From Bacteroidota bacterium (lineage in GTDB: Bacteria; Bacteroidota; Ignavibacteria; Palsa-1295): a stretch of 64,000 nucleotides of DNA. The stretch covers positions 9,527 to 73,526 of the forward strand of contig JAUZNX010000014.1 in the NCBI GenBank assembly GCA_030706745.1, written 5' to 3'. Both the position numbers and the translations under genes were made by a program. Under the pieces are notes generated by a model. That model saw only the letters and a program-made list of their open reading frames with translations. It searched no databases and had not been told where the DNA came from. Shown in pieces: positions 1 to 9,495 of the stretch. The stretch's first letter is position 1. Every line of letters starts with the position of its first letter.

Positions 1-3000
1 ATAGATATCGTTGGGATCTGGATCGCGACTCGTCTCTTCGATGCGAAGATAAGACTCGCTCGAAACAGCGCCGACAAAGCTTGCCCAAAGGCTCGAATCG
101 GTTCGAAGATGAAACATCTCGCGTGGAGCAACCCGCAACCGGAAGCTCGAACGAAGATCGGTCGTCGGAAAGAGCTGCTCGGTAGGAATCGTGATGAGAA
201 TGAAATCGCCCTGATCGGTATACCGCGCCGGAGCAAACTCTTCGGGATCGGGCCGGCCGTTATTATTGAGATCGCCAACGTAATAATATCCTCCAAGCCC
301 CTTCTGGACAGGCAGGAATATGCGCTCCATTCGTGCCGTTCGCTCATTCGAAATCTCGTACAATACGTCCGCGCTGAGTCCCTGCGAAGCCATCGCATAG
401 CGAGGCTCGAACCGGAGCAGCAAGGTCGATTGATCGCCGCCGTTCACGACTTTGGCAATAGAATCCGTATACCGCTTATCGCGCCACGTAACGTCAAGGG
501 TGGAGCTGAACCCGGCAAGATTTGCGAGTGAGGCCGTAGCACGCGTCGTCTTTGCGTCGCTGATCGGCACAAACTGACCGAACCGTGCGCTGTCTTCCGT
601 TCGCGTCGTGTATTCGCCTCCAATAGTCAAGAGATTGCCGAGATGCAATTGCGCGAGTGGACCCAACGTCTCGTATCGAAAGCTGCGACCGGTCAGAGAA
701 TCGGTTGGAAGTGCTGGCGATTCAAACGGCGTGGCTACTTTCGATTCGCGGCCATAGCGCCCGCCCAGGGTGAGGGCATTCGATCCGATTCGCAGAGTCT
801 TCGAAAGCTCACCGCTCAGCCGATTCCAGAGTGCCTGCTCGTGCTGCGACGAATCGTATGTTGGCAGATGCTCGATGCTCGCCGAGATGTGCGGCAGAAA
901 GCCGGTATCTTCGTATACCTCCGCATGACCGTAGAGCCGCGTTGAAGCAAATTCGAGTTCGCGGTGCTTGAGCGCCCCATATCCTCCTTCCAGTAGCAAT
1001 GGCCGCAGCGGATGCATTCGCAAGCTTGCTTCGCGGTTGAGTTCGCTGGTCGGTGCCAGTTGCGTGAACGTTGTCGCACTCGCAGCATCATCGCCGTATC
1101 GCCGCTCAAACTCGACATCCTGAATGCGGTCGATTGGGGTGAATTGCCTGCCGATGAATCGTTGTGTTCCCTTTAGCTCCGTGTAGCCGAGAAGTGGCAA
1201 TGTGTCGGCGAAGAGCGCACCCGCGCGATAGGCATTGTCGGTAATCGAGGGTAGTGCCGCAAACCGATTGGGGTCGAGCGCGCTCGTGGCGAACTCGCCC
1301 GTGAGTCCGAAGTTTTTGGACACACGGAGATTCCCGCTCATCGCCATGACCTGATGCAACTCCGGCAGCGGCAAGAACGAAAGCGTATCATAATCGCCAT
1401 GACCGTGACCAACATACTGATACTGTCCGATCGAAAGCCGCGAGTACGCACCCTGATTCGTGCCTGCATATCCAAAGCTGACATTGTACACCGCTTTCAC
1501 GGTGTCGAACGGATCGTACCGATACATGATGGCACGACCGCTATCGGTCACGGTATCGACTCGCACATAGCTGCCGAGCGCGTGACCGGTTGGACTCACG
1601 CCGGCAAGTGTCACTGCAGATTTCGCGGCAAGGTCCAGATTTGTCCCGGCCCTCGCCAGCAGCGCTCGGTCGCTATCCGAAAGCGTTAGATCGAGTGGAG
1701 CATCCGGATTGTCACCTTCGCGAAGATAGGTCGCGGAAAGCTGAAATGCACCATCGAACAACTCTCCCTTCCCATTTGCAGCCAACAGAGACCGGCTGTA
1801 TTGCTGCGTCGAGTATTCGAAGTCGATCGTAATACGCGAGTCCGATGTGATTAGCCGTCGCGGCTGAAAGCGGATCTCACCCAGCGCATAATCAATGATG
1901 TAATCATTCTTCTCGCCGCGCGTCTGAAGCGTGCCATCCACATAGACATGTTCGGTGCCGGCAACGATGATGATCGCGCGTTCGCCAGCCTTGCCGGCAA
2001 GGCGATAGGGTCCCTGATACGCTTCCTGACCCTGAAACGTGTTGCTTGTGAATTGCCCGCGCGGCGATGCACCGGCGACGGTGACAGACCCCGGATCGAA
2101 CATCGCGGACGCCTCGGCACCAATTAGCTTCCGCGAAACGACATCAAAGGTACTCTGACTGAACACTTTGAATGCGTCATCCGGACCACTTGTGACTCCG
2201 AGGGGCGAATTCGATTGGAACAGACGTGCCGGATCCGTTGGCGAATTCATGTCGAGCACAAAATCACCAAGCGTCGATGTAAAATGATCGGTCGCCTTGA
2301 TCTTGATAAAGACTTTGTCGATCTCATTCAGCGTCTGCGTCGTGCCTTCCGGCTGGATGGGCGTTTGCTCCTCCGTCAGCGCGCCAGTGATGTTAACATC
2401 TTTTGCTACGTCACCGGAGAACTGCAGATTGAATCCACTGGTCAGCCCGAGATCGCGATTCGATCCGGCCTGGAAGCCCCGGCTGATCGAGCCGGACTTC
2501 TGGAAATTGTTGAGTATGTCGGCGTGACTCTCGGCAGGTTCGACTGTTGTGATGCGCCGTGGTGCCCGGCCCGTTGTATCGAAGAGTGCTCGCAGGCTGT
2601 CGCTGGCACGAGTCTGATCAAGCCCGTGACGCGAAAAATCGAGCGGTAGCTCAATCGGTAACGCGTAATAGCTGACCGTGAGATTGACTGTCGCACTCGA
2701 CTGTGAATTAGCCGGAAACAGGACACTTCGAAATGACTGGGCAAGAAACAGCGACCGGTGCAGGGTGTCGATTCGATAGTCCTCCCCGCTTCTGAGCTGC
2801 GACGCGTCGAGGCGGACATGGAGCGACGAGAAATCGGGAAAGTTATCCGGCAGAACGAGGGCAGAATCGGCAGCCGAATGGAGCGTGACCGTCAGCGTTC
2901 GCTCTTGTGCGTAAACCGAGGAGCCAATGGCAAGATAAAGCGAAACAACAAATATGCTAACGCTCGCGATGAGGAGTCCGCGCAGCAACTCGGCGTGCCG

Positions 3001-3003
3001 CAC
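1..3003 (-). CDS. Large signal-peptide-bearing outer-membrane/secreted protein. Its N-terminal ~1000 aa lie in the window and the C-terminus lies beyond the left edge. Possibly an SprA/Sov-like T9SS-associated OMP. The start (GTG 3003 or TTG 2988) overlaps the rsmI 3' end.
   Basis: Hand translation of the minus strand from 3003 gives M/V-RHAELLRGLLIASVSIFVVSLYLAIGSSVYA|QERTLTVTLHSAADSALVLPDNFPDFSSLHVRLDASQLRSGEDYRIDTL, a clean signal peptide plus mature sequence, with no stop over the several hundred nt I checked. The five other frames give only short Arg-rich shadow ORFs over 3 kb. The ORF track omits it because it has no stop within the window. Confidence 0.55.
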   Translation of the reverse strand, partial: MRHAELLRGLLIASVSIFVVSLYLAIGSSVYAQERTLTVTLHSAADSALVLPDNFPDFSSLHVRLDASQLRSGEDYRIDTLHRSLFLAQSFRSVLFPANSQSSATVNLTVSYYALPIELPLDFSRHGLDQTRASDSLRALFDTTGRAPRRITTVEPAESHADILNNFQKSGSISRGFQAGSNRDLGLTSGFNLQFSGDVAKDVNITGALTEEQTPIQPEGTTQTLNEIDKVFIKIKATDHFTSTLGDFVLDMNSPTDPARLFQSNSPLGVTSGPDDAFKVFSQSTFDVVSRKLIGAEASAMFDPGSVTVAGASPRGQFTSNTFQGQEAYQGPYRLAGKAGERAIIIVAGTEHVYVDGTLQTRGEKNDYIIDYALGEIRFQPRRLITSDSRITIDFEYSTQQYSRSLLAANGKGELFDGAFQLSATYLREGDNPDAPLDLTLSDSDRALLARAGTNLDLAAKSAVTLAGVSPTGHALGSYVRVDTVTDSGRAIMYRYDPFDTVKAVYNVSFGYAGTNQGAYSRLSIGQYQYVGHGHGDYDTLSFLPLPELHQVMAMSGNLRVSKNFGLTGEFATSALDPNRFAALPSITDNAYRAGALFADTLPLLGYTELKGTQRFIGRQFTPIDRIQDVEFERRYGDDAASATTFTQLAPTSELNREASLRMHPLRPLLLEGGYGALKHRELEFASTRLYGHAEVYEDTGFLPHISASIEHLPTYDSSQHEQALWNRLSGELSKTLRIGSNALTLGGRYGRESKVATPFESPALPTDSLTGRSFRYETLGPLAQLHLGNLLTIGGEYTTRTEDSARFGQFVPISDAKTTRATASLANLAGFSSTLDVTWRDKRYTDSIAKVVNGGDQSTLLLRFEPRYAMASQGLSADVLYEISNERTARMERIFLPVQKGLGGYYYVGDLNNNGRPDPEEFAPARYTDQGDFILITIPTEQLFPTTDLRSSFRLRVAPREMFHLRTDSSLWASFVGAVSSESYLRIEETSRDPDPNDIY

Positions 3004-3682
3004 CCGGGCGCTGCGCGCCCTGGATAACGACGGCGAACTCCCCTTTGAATGGCCGGGCGCGAAACTGGTCACGCAGTGCTAAGAGCGTCCCGCGGTCAAC
3101 GCGTTCCTGATCCGTGGTCAATTCTGAGGCCACACACGCTTCGCGCGCCTCTCCAAAGCCCGCAACGAGATCATCCAGAAGCTGCGCGAGCCGATACGGC
3201 GCTTCCAGCAGGACAATCGTCTCCTCGCGCGCGGCGAGCTTACGGGCCGCCTGCTTTCTCTCTTCCCGCTCGCGTGGCAGGAAGCCGGCAAAATTAAATC
3301 GGCTCGACTCGAAGCCACTCACCGCAAGCGCCGCAAGTATGCTCGACGCTCCGGGCACAGCGGTCACGCGCATACCATTCGCAATCGCGAGCCGCACCAG
3401 ATGCTGTCCCGGATCGGCGACGAGCGGGGTGCCGGCGTCCGAGATCAGCGCAAGGTCCTTGCCAGCGCGAAGCAGTTCGAGCGCCTCGGCGCTGGCCGTC
3501 TTCTCCGTATGCTCGTTGAGCGGCAGAAGTTCTTTCTCGATCTTTAAGTCATGCAGCAACCGGCGCGCGGGCTTCAGGTCCTCGCAAAGGATGATGGTTG
3601 CGTTGCGGAGCGTTTCGATCGCGCGAAGCGTAATGTCGCCACTGTTCCCGATGGGGACGGAGATGATGGAAAGTGTTGCCAC
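2957..3682 (-). CDS. rsmI: 16S rRNA (cytidine1402-2'-O)-methyltransferase RsmI
   Basis: The 241-aa product starts MATLSIISVPIGNSGDITLRAIETLRNATIILCEDLKPARRLLHDLKIEKELLPLNEH, the tetrapyrrole-methylase-like fold signature of RsmI. Confidence 0.85.
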   Translation of the reverse strand: MATLSIISVPIGNSGDITLRAIETLRNATIILCEDLKPARRLLHDLKIEKELLPLNEHTEKTASAEALELLRAGKDLALISDAGTPLVADPGQHLVRLAIANGMRVTAVPGASSILAALAVSGFESSRFNFAGFLPREREERKQAARKLAAREETIVLLEAPYRLAQLLDDLVAGFGEAREACVASELTTDQERVDRGTLLALRDQFRARPFKGEFAVVIQGAQRPGAARRVAARTPHRER

Positions 3683-3798
3683 AGGGCGGACTAATTAGAT
3701 TGGATGGAATTTCGTTCGGCAGCTGAGTGGCATATTGTTCGAGCCATTCCGAAGCATCACGCGTTTTGAAGTATTACTAAACAAGAAACCGCTCGCTC

Positions 3799-5601
3799 GT
3801 GGCAGGTATATTCGGAATTCGCTCCTCAAATCACGTTCGAGACCTGCATGAGGATAGCTCGAAGCTCTTGCACGCGGCGCAGCAGGGATTCAATCATCCT
3901 CACACCATACACTTCTTCGAGGATTCGGCGATTGGGTGTGCCACGCCTCATCATTACTCACAAACGAAGTGGCCGATCCTCTCGTCCGATCGCCGCTATG
4001 CGCTGGCGGTCTTTGGCGAAATCTATTTGCCGGATGGATCGCCGCTTCGGAGCGAGAATTTCGAAGTGGGCTTCCTTAGACCATTTCTGAAGTCGAAGCA
4101 AGAATTCCTTCGGAAGCTCGATGGCGCGTTTGTCTTTGCGCTGATGAACGAGGATGAATGCACGATCGCGAATGATCCATTCGGTAACTTCGCACTCCAT
4201 TACGCGCTGCTGCCCGACGGCTTCGTATTTGCATCGCAAATGGAAGGGCTCCGTTCCCTTCTGGCAAACAGAGTCCTCGATAAGACTGGGATTCAACAGT
4301 ATCTCGGTCTTGGGGTGACGCTTGGCGGGAGGACTACCTTTGAAGGTATCACCCGACTAGCCGGAGGTTCGTACCTCGTCATATCCCGAAATGGTATCGA
4401 GCGATGCCGGTATTTCAAGCCAACATATCGCGAAGAACCGAGCGATGCCACTAACACTAATCTCGCTACCATCGAGGAAGCTCTCCAAACTGCTGTCAAG
4501 AAGCGAACGGCATATTCCAAGGTCGTGGCTGGCTTTACCGGAGGGTTCGATAGCCGTGCAACCTGGAGCATCATATTGAACCAGAAGCGGCAGGTTGCCG
4601 CTCATACGCATGGTTTGCCCGATTGCACCGACCTTCAGCTCGCGAATCGGATAACGACTGAACTCGGAATACCGCTCGACCGGATCCCGTTCGATCGCGA
4701 GTTTCTTCGAGCGGTACCAGACCGCTGGAATGAGATTGTGCGGCTGACCGAGGGAGGTATTTCCATCGCACACGCGCCGACAATCCAAGTATGGCACGAG
4801 TTGGGCAGCCGGTATTCCGTTGAGATCGATAGCTATGGCGGCGCATTCTATCGGCGGCAGCGTATGAAAGTCGCGGAACGGCTCATTGATGCCAAAAAAG
4901 ATCTCATTTTGGAACTCCTTCGCTTCGAGCAGTCTCCCCTGCTCTCATCATCTTTGTTGAAACCGGATGCCCGCCACGCCGTGCACGAGTCAGCGATGGA
5001 TGCTTTGCGCGAATATTACGACTCGATTGCGGACACGATGCTGCTTGGCGACAAACTCGATCGTTTCCACTTCGAGCAAGTAGATGCGATGAAGGACTCG
5101 CTCGGCGGGAATGCACAGATGAACTTCATTGGTCTCGCACATCCTTTTCTGAATCTGACTGCTATCGAAGCTGTAGGCAAAATACCACTCGCGCTTCGCC
5201 GTCGTGATGCTATTCATAAGCACATAGTACACTCGCAGTACCCATGCCTCGAAGATTTCCCGGTGGATAGTTCCGGTTTCGTCCTGCCCTACCGGGGATT
5301 TACGACACTCCGGTATGCGCCAATAATCTCAGAACGTGCGCTCCAGACTGCGGCGAGGCTGCTTCCTTCGGTCTTTGGGAATCTCAGTCTTCGACGGCCG
5401 ACGATGGATACCGAACACATGCTAAGACCGGGCCTTTCCAAGCTCCGTGAGAGACTGCTGGCACCACACCCGGAATATGATACATACGTGGACCGGCGAG
5501 CGGTAGAGACAATGATTGACCGATTCAATGTTGGAAGCGACGTGGGAAGTCCTCTCGTGCAACTCCTGACATTCCGATTATTCCTCGACCTCTTTGGCTG
5601 A
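3799..5601 (+). CDS. Asparagine synthetase B family protein that lacks the N-terminal Cys nucleophile (GTG start, MAGIFG instead of MCGIFG). The PP-loop ATP-pyrophosphatase motif TGGFDS is present.
   Basis: The N-terminal domain aligns with the class-II glutamine-amidotransferase domain of AsnB (AGIFG...LAVFGEIY), but Cys2 is Ala. The central GFTGGFDSRATW matches the SGGxDS PP-loop. The product is 600 aa. Confidence 0.7.
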   Translation: MAGIFGIRSSNHVRDLHEDSSKLLHAAQQGFNHPHTIHFFEDSAIGCATPHHYSQTKWPILSSDRRYALAVFGEIYLPDGSPLRSENFEVGFLRPFLKSKQEFLRKLDGAFVFALMNEDECTIANDPFGNFALHYALLPDGFVFASQMEGLRSLLANRVLDKTGIQQYLGLGVTLGGRTTFEGITRLAGGSYLVISRNGIERCRYFKPTYREEPSDATNTNLATIEEALQTAVKKRTAYSKVVAGFTGGFDSRATWSIILNQKRQVAAHTHGLPDCTDLQLANRITTELGIPLDRIPFDREFLRAVPDRWNEIVRLTEGGISIAHAPTIQVWHELGSRYSVEIDSYGGAFYRRQRMKVAERLIDAKKDLILELLRFEQSPLLSSSLLKPDARHAVHESAMDALREYYDSIADTMLLGDKLDRFHFEQVDAMKDSLGGNAQMNFIGLAHPFLNLTAIEAVGKIPLALRRRDAIHKHIVHSQYPCLEDFPVDSSGFVLPYRGFTTLRYAPIISERALQTAARLLPSVFGNLSLRRPTMDTEHMLRPGLSKLRERLLAPHPEYDTYVDRRAVETMIDRFNVGSDVGSPLVQLLTFRLFLDLFG

Positions 5602-5606
5602 GCAAG

Positions 5607-7358
5607 TCACACATTCAGCGCGAAGCGGTCCTGCGCCAGCGTATAGAGCCTGCGCCAGACGAACTTGTTCAGCAACACGACCATCAGGCATAGCGTGAAG
5701 ATGCCAGCGCCGAGCAATGCGAACTGGCCCTTATTGTATGCAATCGAGAGAAGTGCACCAACACCGTGCGCGGCATACGTCTTATCTTTGAACTGGACGA
5801 ACTCGCTGACGATACTAGCATTCCAAGCACCACCTGCGGCGGTGATTGCCCCGGTTACGATGGCGGGAAAGATCGCCGGAAGCGCAAGCTTCCACCACCA
5901 CATTTTGCGCGGAATCCGGTAGCTTGCAAACATCTCCTGCAGATCGGTCGGCACCGCGCTGGCACCGGCGATCACGTTAAACAGCATGTACCATTGTGTC
6001 CCGAGCAGCATGAGAAAGATCGAGCCGTACTCGATCGAAACACCCCAGGCTTCGAAGAAGAAGATAAAGATTGGAAAGAACATCGGGGCGGGAAAGGACG
6101 AGATGAACTGTACGATCGGCTGCATCCTCTGTGCATATCGCGGATTCATCCCGATAATTACACCGACTGGGATCGTCCATGCGGCACCGAGAAGAACGGC
6201 CGCGAGGGTGCGTAACAATGTGAGTCCAGAATCGCCAACAACGACAAGCCATTGGTGCGCGGTAACATCGCGGGTAAAGACCCGGAAGAGTTCAAATACG
6301 CCATACGCGAGCAGCAACCCCATGACTCCAACGAGCGCCAAGCTCAGCCCCTTTCGCACATGCGACTCTTCTTCGATCTTTTGTTCGAACGCTTCGCGAT
6401 CGAGTTCTTGGCGCGTCGCGCGAAATTCCTGCTCGGTATGCTCCTGTGCATGCGCACGCCGGCGGGCCACCCACGTGCGCATCGTCGCAACGAACGCAGA
6501 GCGGCCGAGAATATCGAGTACGAACGACTTCCCTTCCGGCTCGGAGCTCAATTCTTCGACACGGAACTTGCGGCTCCAAATGACGAGGGGTCGCCACAGC
6601 AGGCGATCAAGGAGCAAGATCATCACTCCCATCGCCACAATCGCGCCGATCATCGCCGGCACATTCCCCTGCGATAGTGCCGCGGACATGTAACTTCCAA
6701 TCCCCGGAAGTTTGAAGTCCTTCCCGCCGAATGCAATCGCCTCGCTGATCGACAAGAAGAACCAGCCCCCTGCCATGGACATCATGGAATTCCAGACCAG
6801 CGGAATTGCACTCGCCGGAAGCTCCAACTTCCAAAGTTGCTCACGTTTGCTGAGATAAAAACTTCGCGACGCGTCACGCAGATCGTTTGGAATTGCCTTC
6901 AGTGAGTGATAAAATGCAAACGTCATGTTCCAGACCTGACCGGTAAAGACAGTCAGTACGCTGGCAATCTCAAGTCCGACATAGGAATGCGGAAACAGGT
7001 ACACCCCGACAACTACGAGTTCCGGCAGGAAGCTAACCACTGGTACGCTCTGCAGGATGTCGAGGATTGCGAGCATCGTCTTCTCTAATCTGGGCGAGTG
7101 CGCCATGGTGTAACCATAGCCAATGGTGAAGAGCAGCGAAATCACATAAGCCGAGAGTCCTCGCGAAAGTGAATAGAGCGTATAGATCGGAAGATAGGCG
7201 AACTCCGTATGGATCACCGAATGTGGCTGCAATGCCGAGGACCACTCACGGCTCACGAGAATCAGCCAGTAGAGCACTCCGCCGAGCGCGGCAAACACGA
7301 CCAGATCGGCAAGGCCGATCCGTCTCGGGATGCTCAGAATGTCGCGGACGAAGCTCAC
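5607..7358 (-). CDS. Fused double ABC-transporter permease (two binding-protein-dependent type transmembrane domains, NitT/TauT-like). No ATPase or binding protein is adjacent.
   Basis: The 583-aa polytopic membrane protein has two repeated permease halves separated by a charged cytoplasmic linker (RRRAHAQEHTEQEFRATRQELDREAFEQKIEEE). Confidence 0.65.
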   Translation of the reverse strand: MSFVRDILSIPRRIGLADLVVFAALGGVLYWLILVSREWSSALQPHSVIHTEFAYLPIYTLYSLSRGLSAYVISLLFTIGYGYTMAHSPRLEKTMLAILDILQSVPVVSFLPELVVVGVYLFPHSYVGLEIASVLTVFTGQVWNMTFAFYHSLKAIPNDLRDASRSFYLSKREQLWKLELPASAIPLVWNSMMSMAGGWFFLSISEAIAFGGKDFKLPGIGSYMSAALSQGNVPAMIGAIVAMGVMILLLDRLLWRPLVIWSRKFRVEELSSEPEGKSFVLDILGRSAFVATMRTWVARRRAHAQEHTEQEFRATRQELDREAFEQKIEEESHVRKGLSLALVGVMGLLLAYGVFELFRVFTRDVTAHQWLVVVGDSGLTLLRTLAAVLLGAAWTIPVGVIIGMNPRYAQRMQPIVQFISSFPAPMFFPIFIFFFEAWGVSIEYGSIFLMLLGTQWYMLFNVIAGASAVPTDLQEMFASYRIPRKMWWWKLALPAIFPAIVTGAITAAGGAWNASIVSEFVQFKDKTYAAHGVGALLSIAYNKGQFALLGAGIFTLCLMVVLLNKFVWRRLYTLAQDRFALNV

Positions 7359-7419
7359 AGATCTCTAACGGGTAAGGAATGATGAGTAACGAGTAACGAG
7401 TGAGAGGCCTCAGAAGTCC

Positions 7420-8934
7420 CTAAGATTTTGGCCGGATAAAGATTCTGTGCATATCCAGTTCCGGGTCAAGGGTAATCGAAAGCTCGTTCAAAATCATTGA
7501 CTGGGAGTGACGTCCACTATATTCCAACTCAAAACCGCCCGGATAATGCACGGGCTGCAACGGATGTAATTTCTCAACCGGCACGTAAATCACCGTTGGG
7601 CCGGCCATCGGGCGACCTCGGAGAAGAAGCTCAAACTCCTTTGAGCGAATATTGAATTGCATATGCACGGGTTCCGCGCTCGCCGCCATGACGTAGGGCC
7701 GACACGCGATGTCGAGATTGCGCGGCTCCTGGTTCACACCCAGCAGCGAAAAATCCTCGCGCATAAATCCGTCGAACGTTTCCGGTGTGTTATAGAGATT
7801 CACATTCCAATATGTCGCGCTGACGAGCGCTTGCTCGATCGCTTCGTATTGCCAGTTCATTTGGCGGCGCACAACGGGCCGCATCCAGTTCTGCCTCGCA
7901 CCAAACTCGGTCAGGAAGGGCGCCATCCCCTTGCTCCGAGCACTCGCCACTCCTGCCCGTTGCGCCGCAACGTACTCATCCCGCTTGGAATCGTGGAAGA
8001 TATAGCCGCCGAAGCCAGTCAGTAGCGAATCATAATAATGATAGGCAAATACGGCGCGATGGTCCCTCGATGCCATGCGAAGATATGATTCCTGCTCTTT
8101 TCCACCGACATTGACATTCCAGTCACTTTGCGGTGCGAGGAGTGCAAAGGTTTGCTGAGAGTGCCTGCGAATGCGCTCGGTAGCACCCTCATAAAATTTG
8201 GGCAGGATCTCTTCTTCGAATTCCCGGCTCTCGATGGTAGCTGGGTGCGGCTCATTGAAGATTTCGATACCAAAGACTCCGGGACGTGTAGCCGCTTCTT
8301 CGGCAACACGCTCGACCATATCGAGATAGCGATCGCGCACAGCAAAGTGAACGAGCGGCGGCGTGACCGCAGAGTTCGTCAGATCGTTGGACCAGAAATC
8401 GGTGAACGTCCGGCGCAAGTGACGATTGAACAGGTAGTTTAATCCCCAGAGCGCCGTATTCGGCAGCAGCGTTTGATCGGCGGCTTTATCCGACCGCACC
8501 CAGTCGGGCATGCCGCTACCACCATAGGCCTTGCCGACAAGATCCTGGTGAAGATCGAGAATAATCAGGAAGCCCTTTTCGATTAAGAGATCGACGTATT
8601 CGAAAAAGCTTGCCATGTAACTTTCATCGTATTCCGGCGATTCCGGATTACACGTTGGCTCGAGTGCCGACCAAATGAACGCAAGTCGTAACACTCGCCA
8701 CCCGCATGCCCACAGGAGATCGACGTATGTTTCGAAGCGCGGCCAGTCCTCCCGCGAACGGAGTGGCGTATGAGGAGGCTCCTTTGCGGATGGGCCAAAG
8801 CAAATCCCACGCAGGAGCGCATAGCGCCCATCCGTGAGCCGAAACCACGCCCCATCACTGTAGATATCTTCCACGTGCCACGTCATTGCGCGGCCAGAAC
8901 GTATTGCAGGCCTTGCGCACTCCCTCGTGCCCAC
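7420..8934 (-). CDS. Glycoside hydrolase family 5 (endoglycoceramidase-like cellulase-family enzyme). It has no signal peptide, and the real start is probably M at ~8886.
   Basis: The GH5 catalytic-acid motif appears as GIEIFNEPH, together with LDLHQD and a (beta/alpha)8-type pattern. Confidence 0.7.
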   Translation of the reverse strand: MGTRECARPAIRSGRAMTWHVEDIYSDGAWFRLTDGRYALLRGICFGPSAKEPPHTPLRSREDWPRFETYVDLLWACGWRVLRLAFIWSALEPTCNPESPEYDESYMASFFEYVDLLIEKGFLIILDLHQDLVGKAYGGSGMPDWVRSDKAADQTLLPNTALWGLNYLFNRHLRRTFTDFWSNDLTNSAVTPPLVHFAVRDRYLDMVERVAEEAATRPGVFGIEIFNEPHPATIESREFEEEILPKFYEGATERIRRHSQQTFALLAPQSDWNVNVGGKEQESYLRMASRDHRAVFAYHYYDSLLTGFGGYIFHDSKRDEYVAAQRAGVASARSKGMAPFLTEFGARQNWMRPVVRRQMNWQYEAIEQALVSATYWNVNLYNTPETFDGFMREDFSLLGVNQEPRNLDIACRPYVMAASAEPVHMQFNIRSKEFELLLRGRPMAGPTVIYVPVEKLHPLQPVHYPGGFELEYSGRHSQSMILNELSITLDPELDMHRIFIRPKS

Positions 8935-9174
8935 CTGAAGATCATTGCTTTTCTCGCAAGATCGGCCGCATAATTACCCGGCAAGAAGATTACGCACCGC
9001 TATAAGCTATTCTTACGCCGGAGATGCGCTTACATGAATTTCCGGCGTCTGCCTCAGGGAACGGCTGGAATCTACCCTGTGGTGGCCGAATATTTCCAGC
9101 GGCTGATCAGATCTGGTGTACCCTCGGCACGGTACGAGGTTTGAGGTCGATAAGTCAGAAAGGGGCACTCTGCC

Positions 9175-9495
9175 ATGTTAGTCGATTATACACTCGTACC
9201 ATTGGGCTCAGGAACGCACCTGAGTTCTCACATTTCAAAGATCGTGGATATCATCGATGCCTCCGGTCTGCCATATCGCTTGACTCCGTCCGGAACGTGC
9301 ATCGAAGGGGAATGGGATGATATCATGAACGTACTTCGTGACTGCCAGGATGAAGCACGGAAGCGATCATCGCATATCATGTCGTTTATTCAGATCGAGG
9401 ACGAAGTCGGCGAGCACTCAAAGCTTACTCGCAATATCGCTTCGATCGAAGAGAGCCTGGGCCGCGCCGTAAAGCACGACTTAATAGAAGCATGA
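9175..9495 (+). CDS. MTH1187/YkoF-family (DUF77) thiamine-binding-like protein
   Basis: The 106-aa product MLVDYTLVPLGSGTHLSSHISKIVDIIDASGLPYRLTPSGTCIEGEWDDIM is a classic MTH1187 fold sequence. Confidence 0.8.
   Translation: MLVDYTLVPLGSGTHLSSHISKIVDIIDASGLPYRLTPSGTCIEGEWDDIMNVLRDCQDEARKRSSHIMSFIQIEDEVGEHSKLTRNIASIEESLGRAVKHDLIEA

Noticed and set aside
109-3027. Twelve listed ORFs (60-144 aa) on both strands over the first 3 kb
   Set aside because: All are Arg/Ser/Cys-rich shadow frames of the unlisted minus-strand open frame, and none shows protein-like composition or motifs.
3799-7358. Lasso-peptide or RiPP cluster around the Cys-less AsnB homologue
   Set aside because: No precursor peptide, no transglutaminase-like B protein, and no exporter-type ABC with an ATPase are present. 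The neighbouring permease is importer-type and convergent.
8935-9174. Possible TPP riboswitch upstream of the MTH1187/YkoF-family gene (CTGATC...GATCTGG...GGTACGAGG fragments)
   Set aside because: The THI-box elements are present only as fragments and in the wrong order (CCAGCG precedes CTGATC), so a P1-P5 fold cannot be assembled. Single-domain MTH1187 genes are often not thiamine-regulated.
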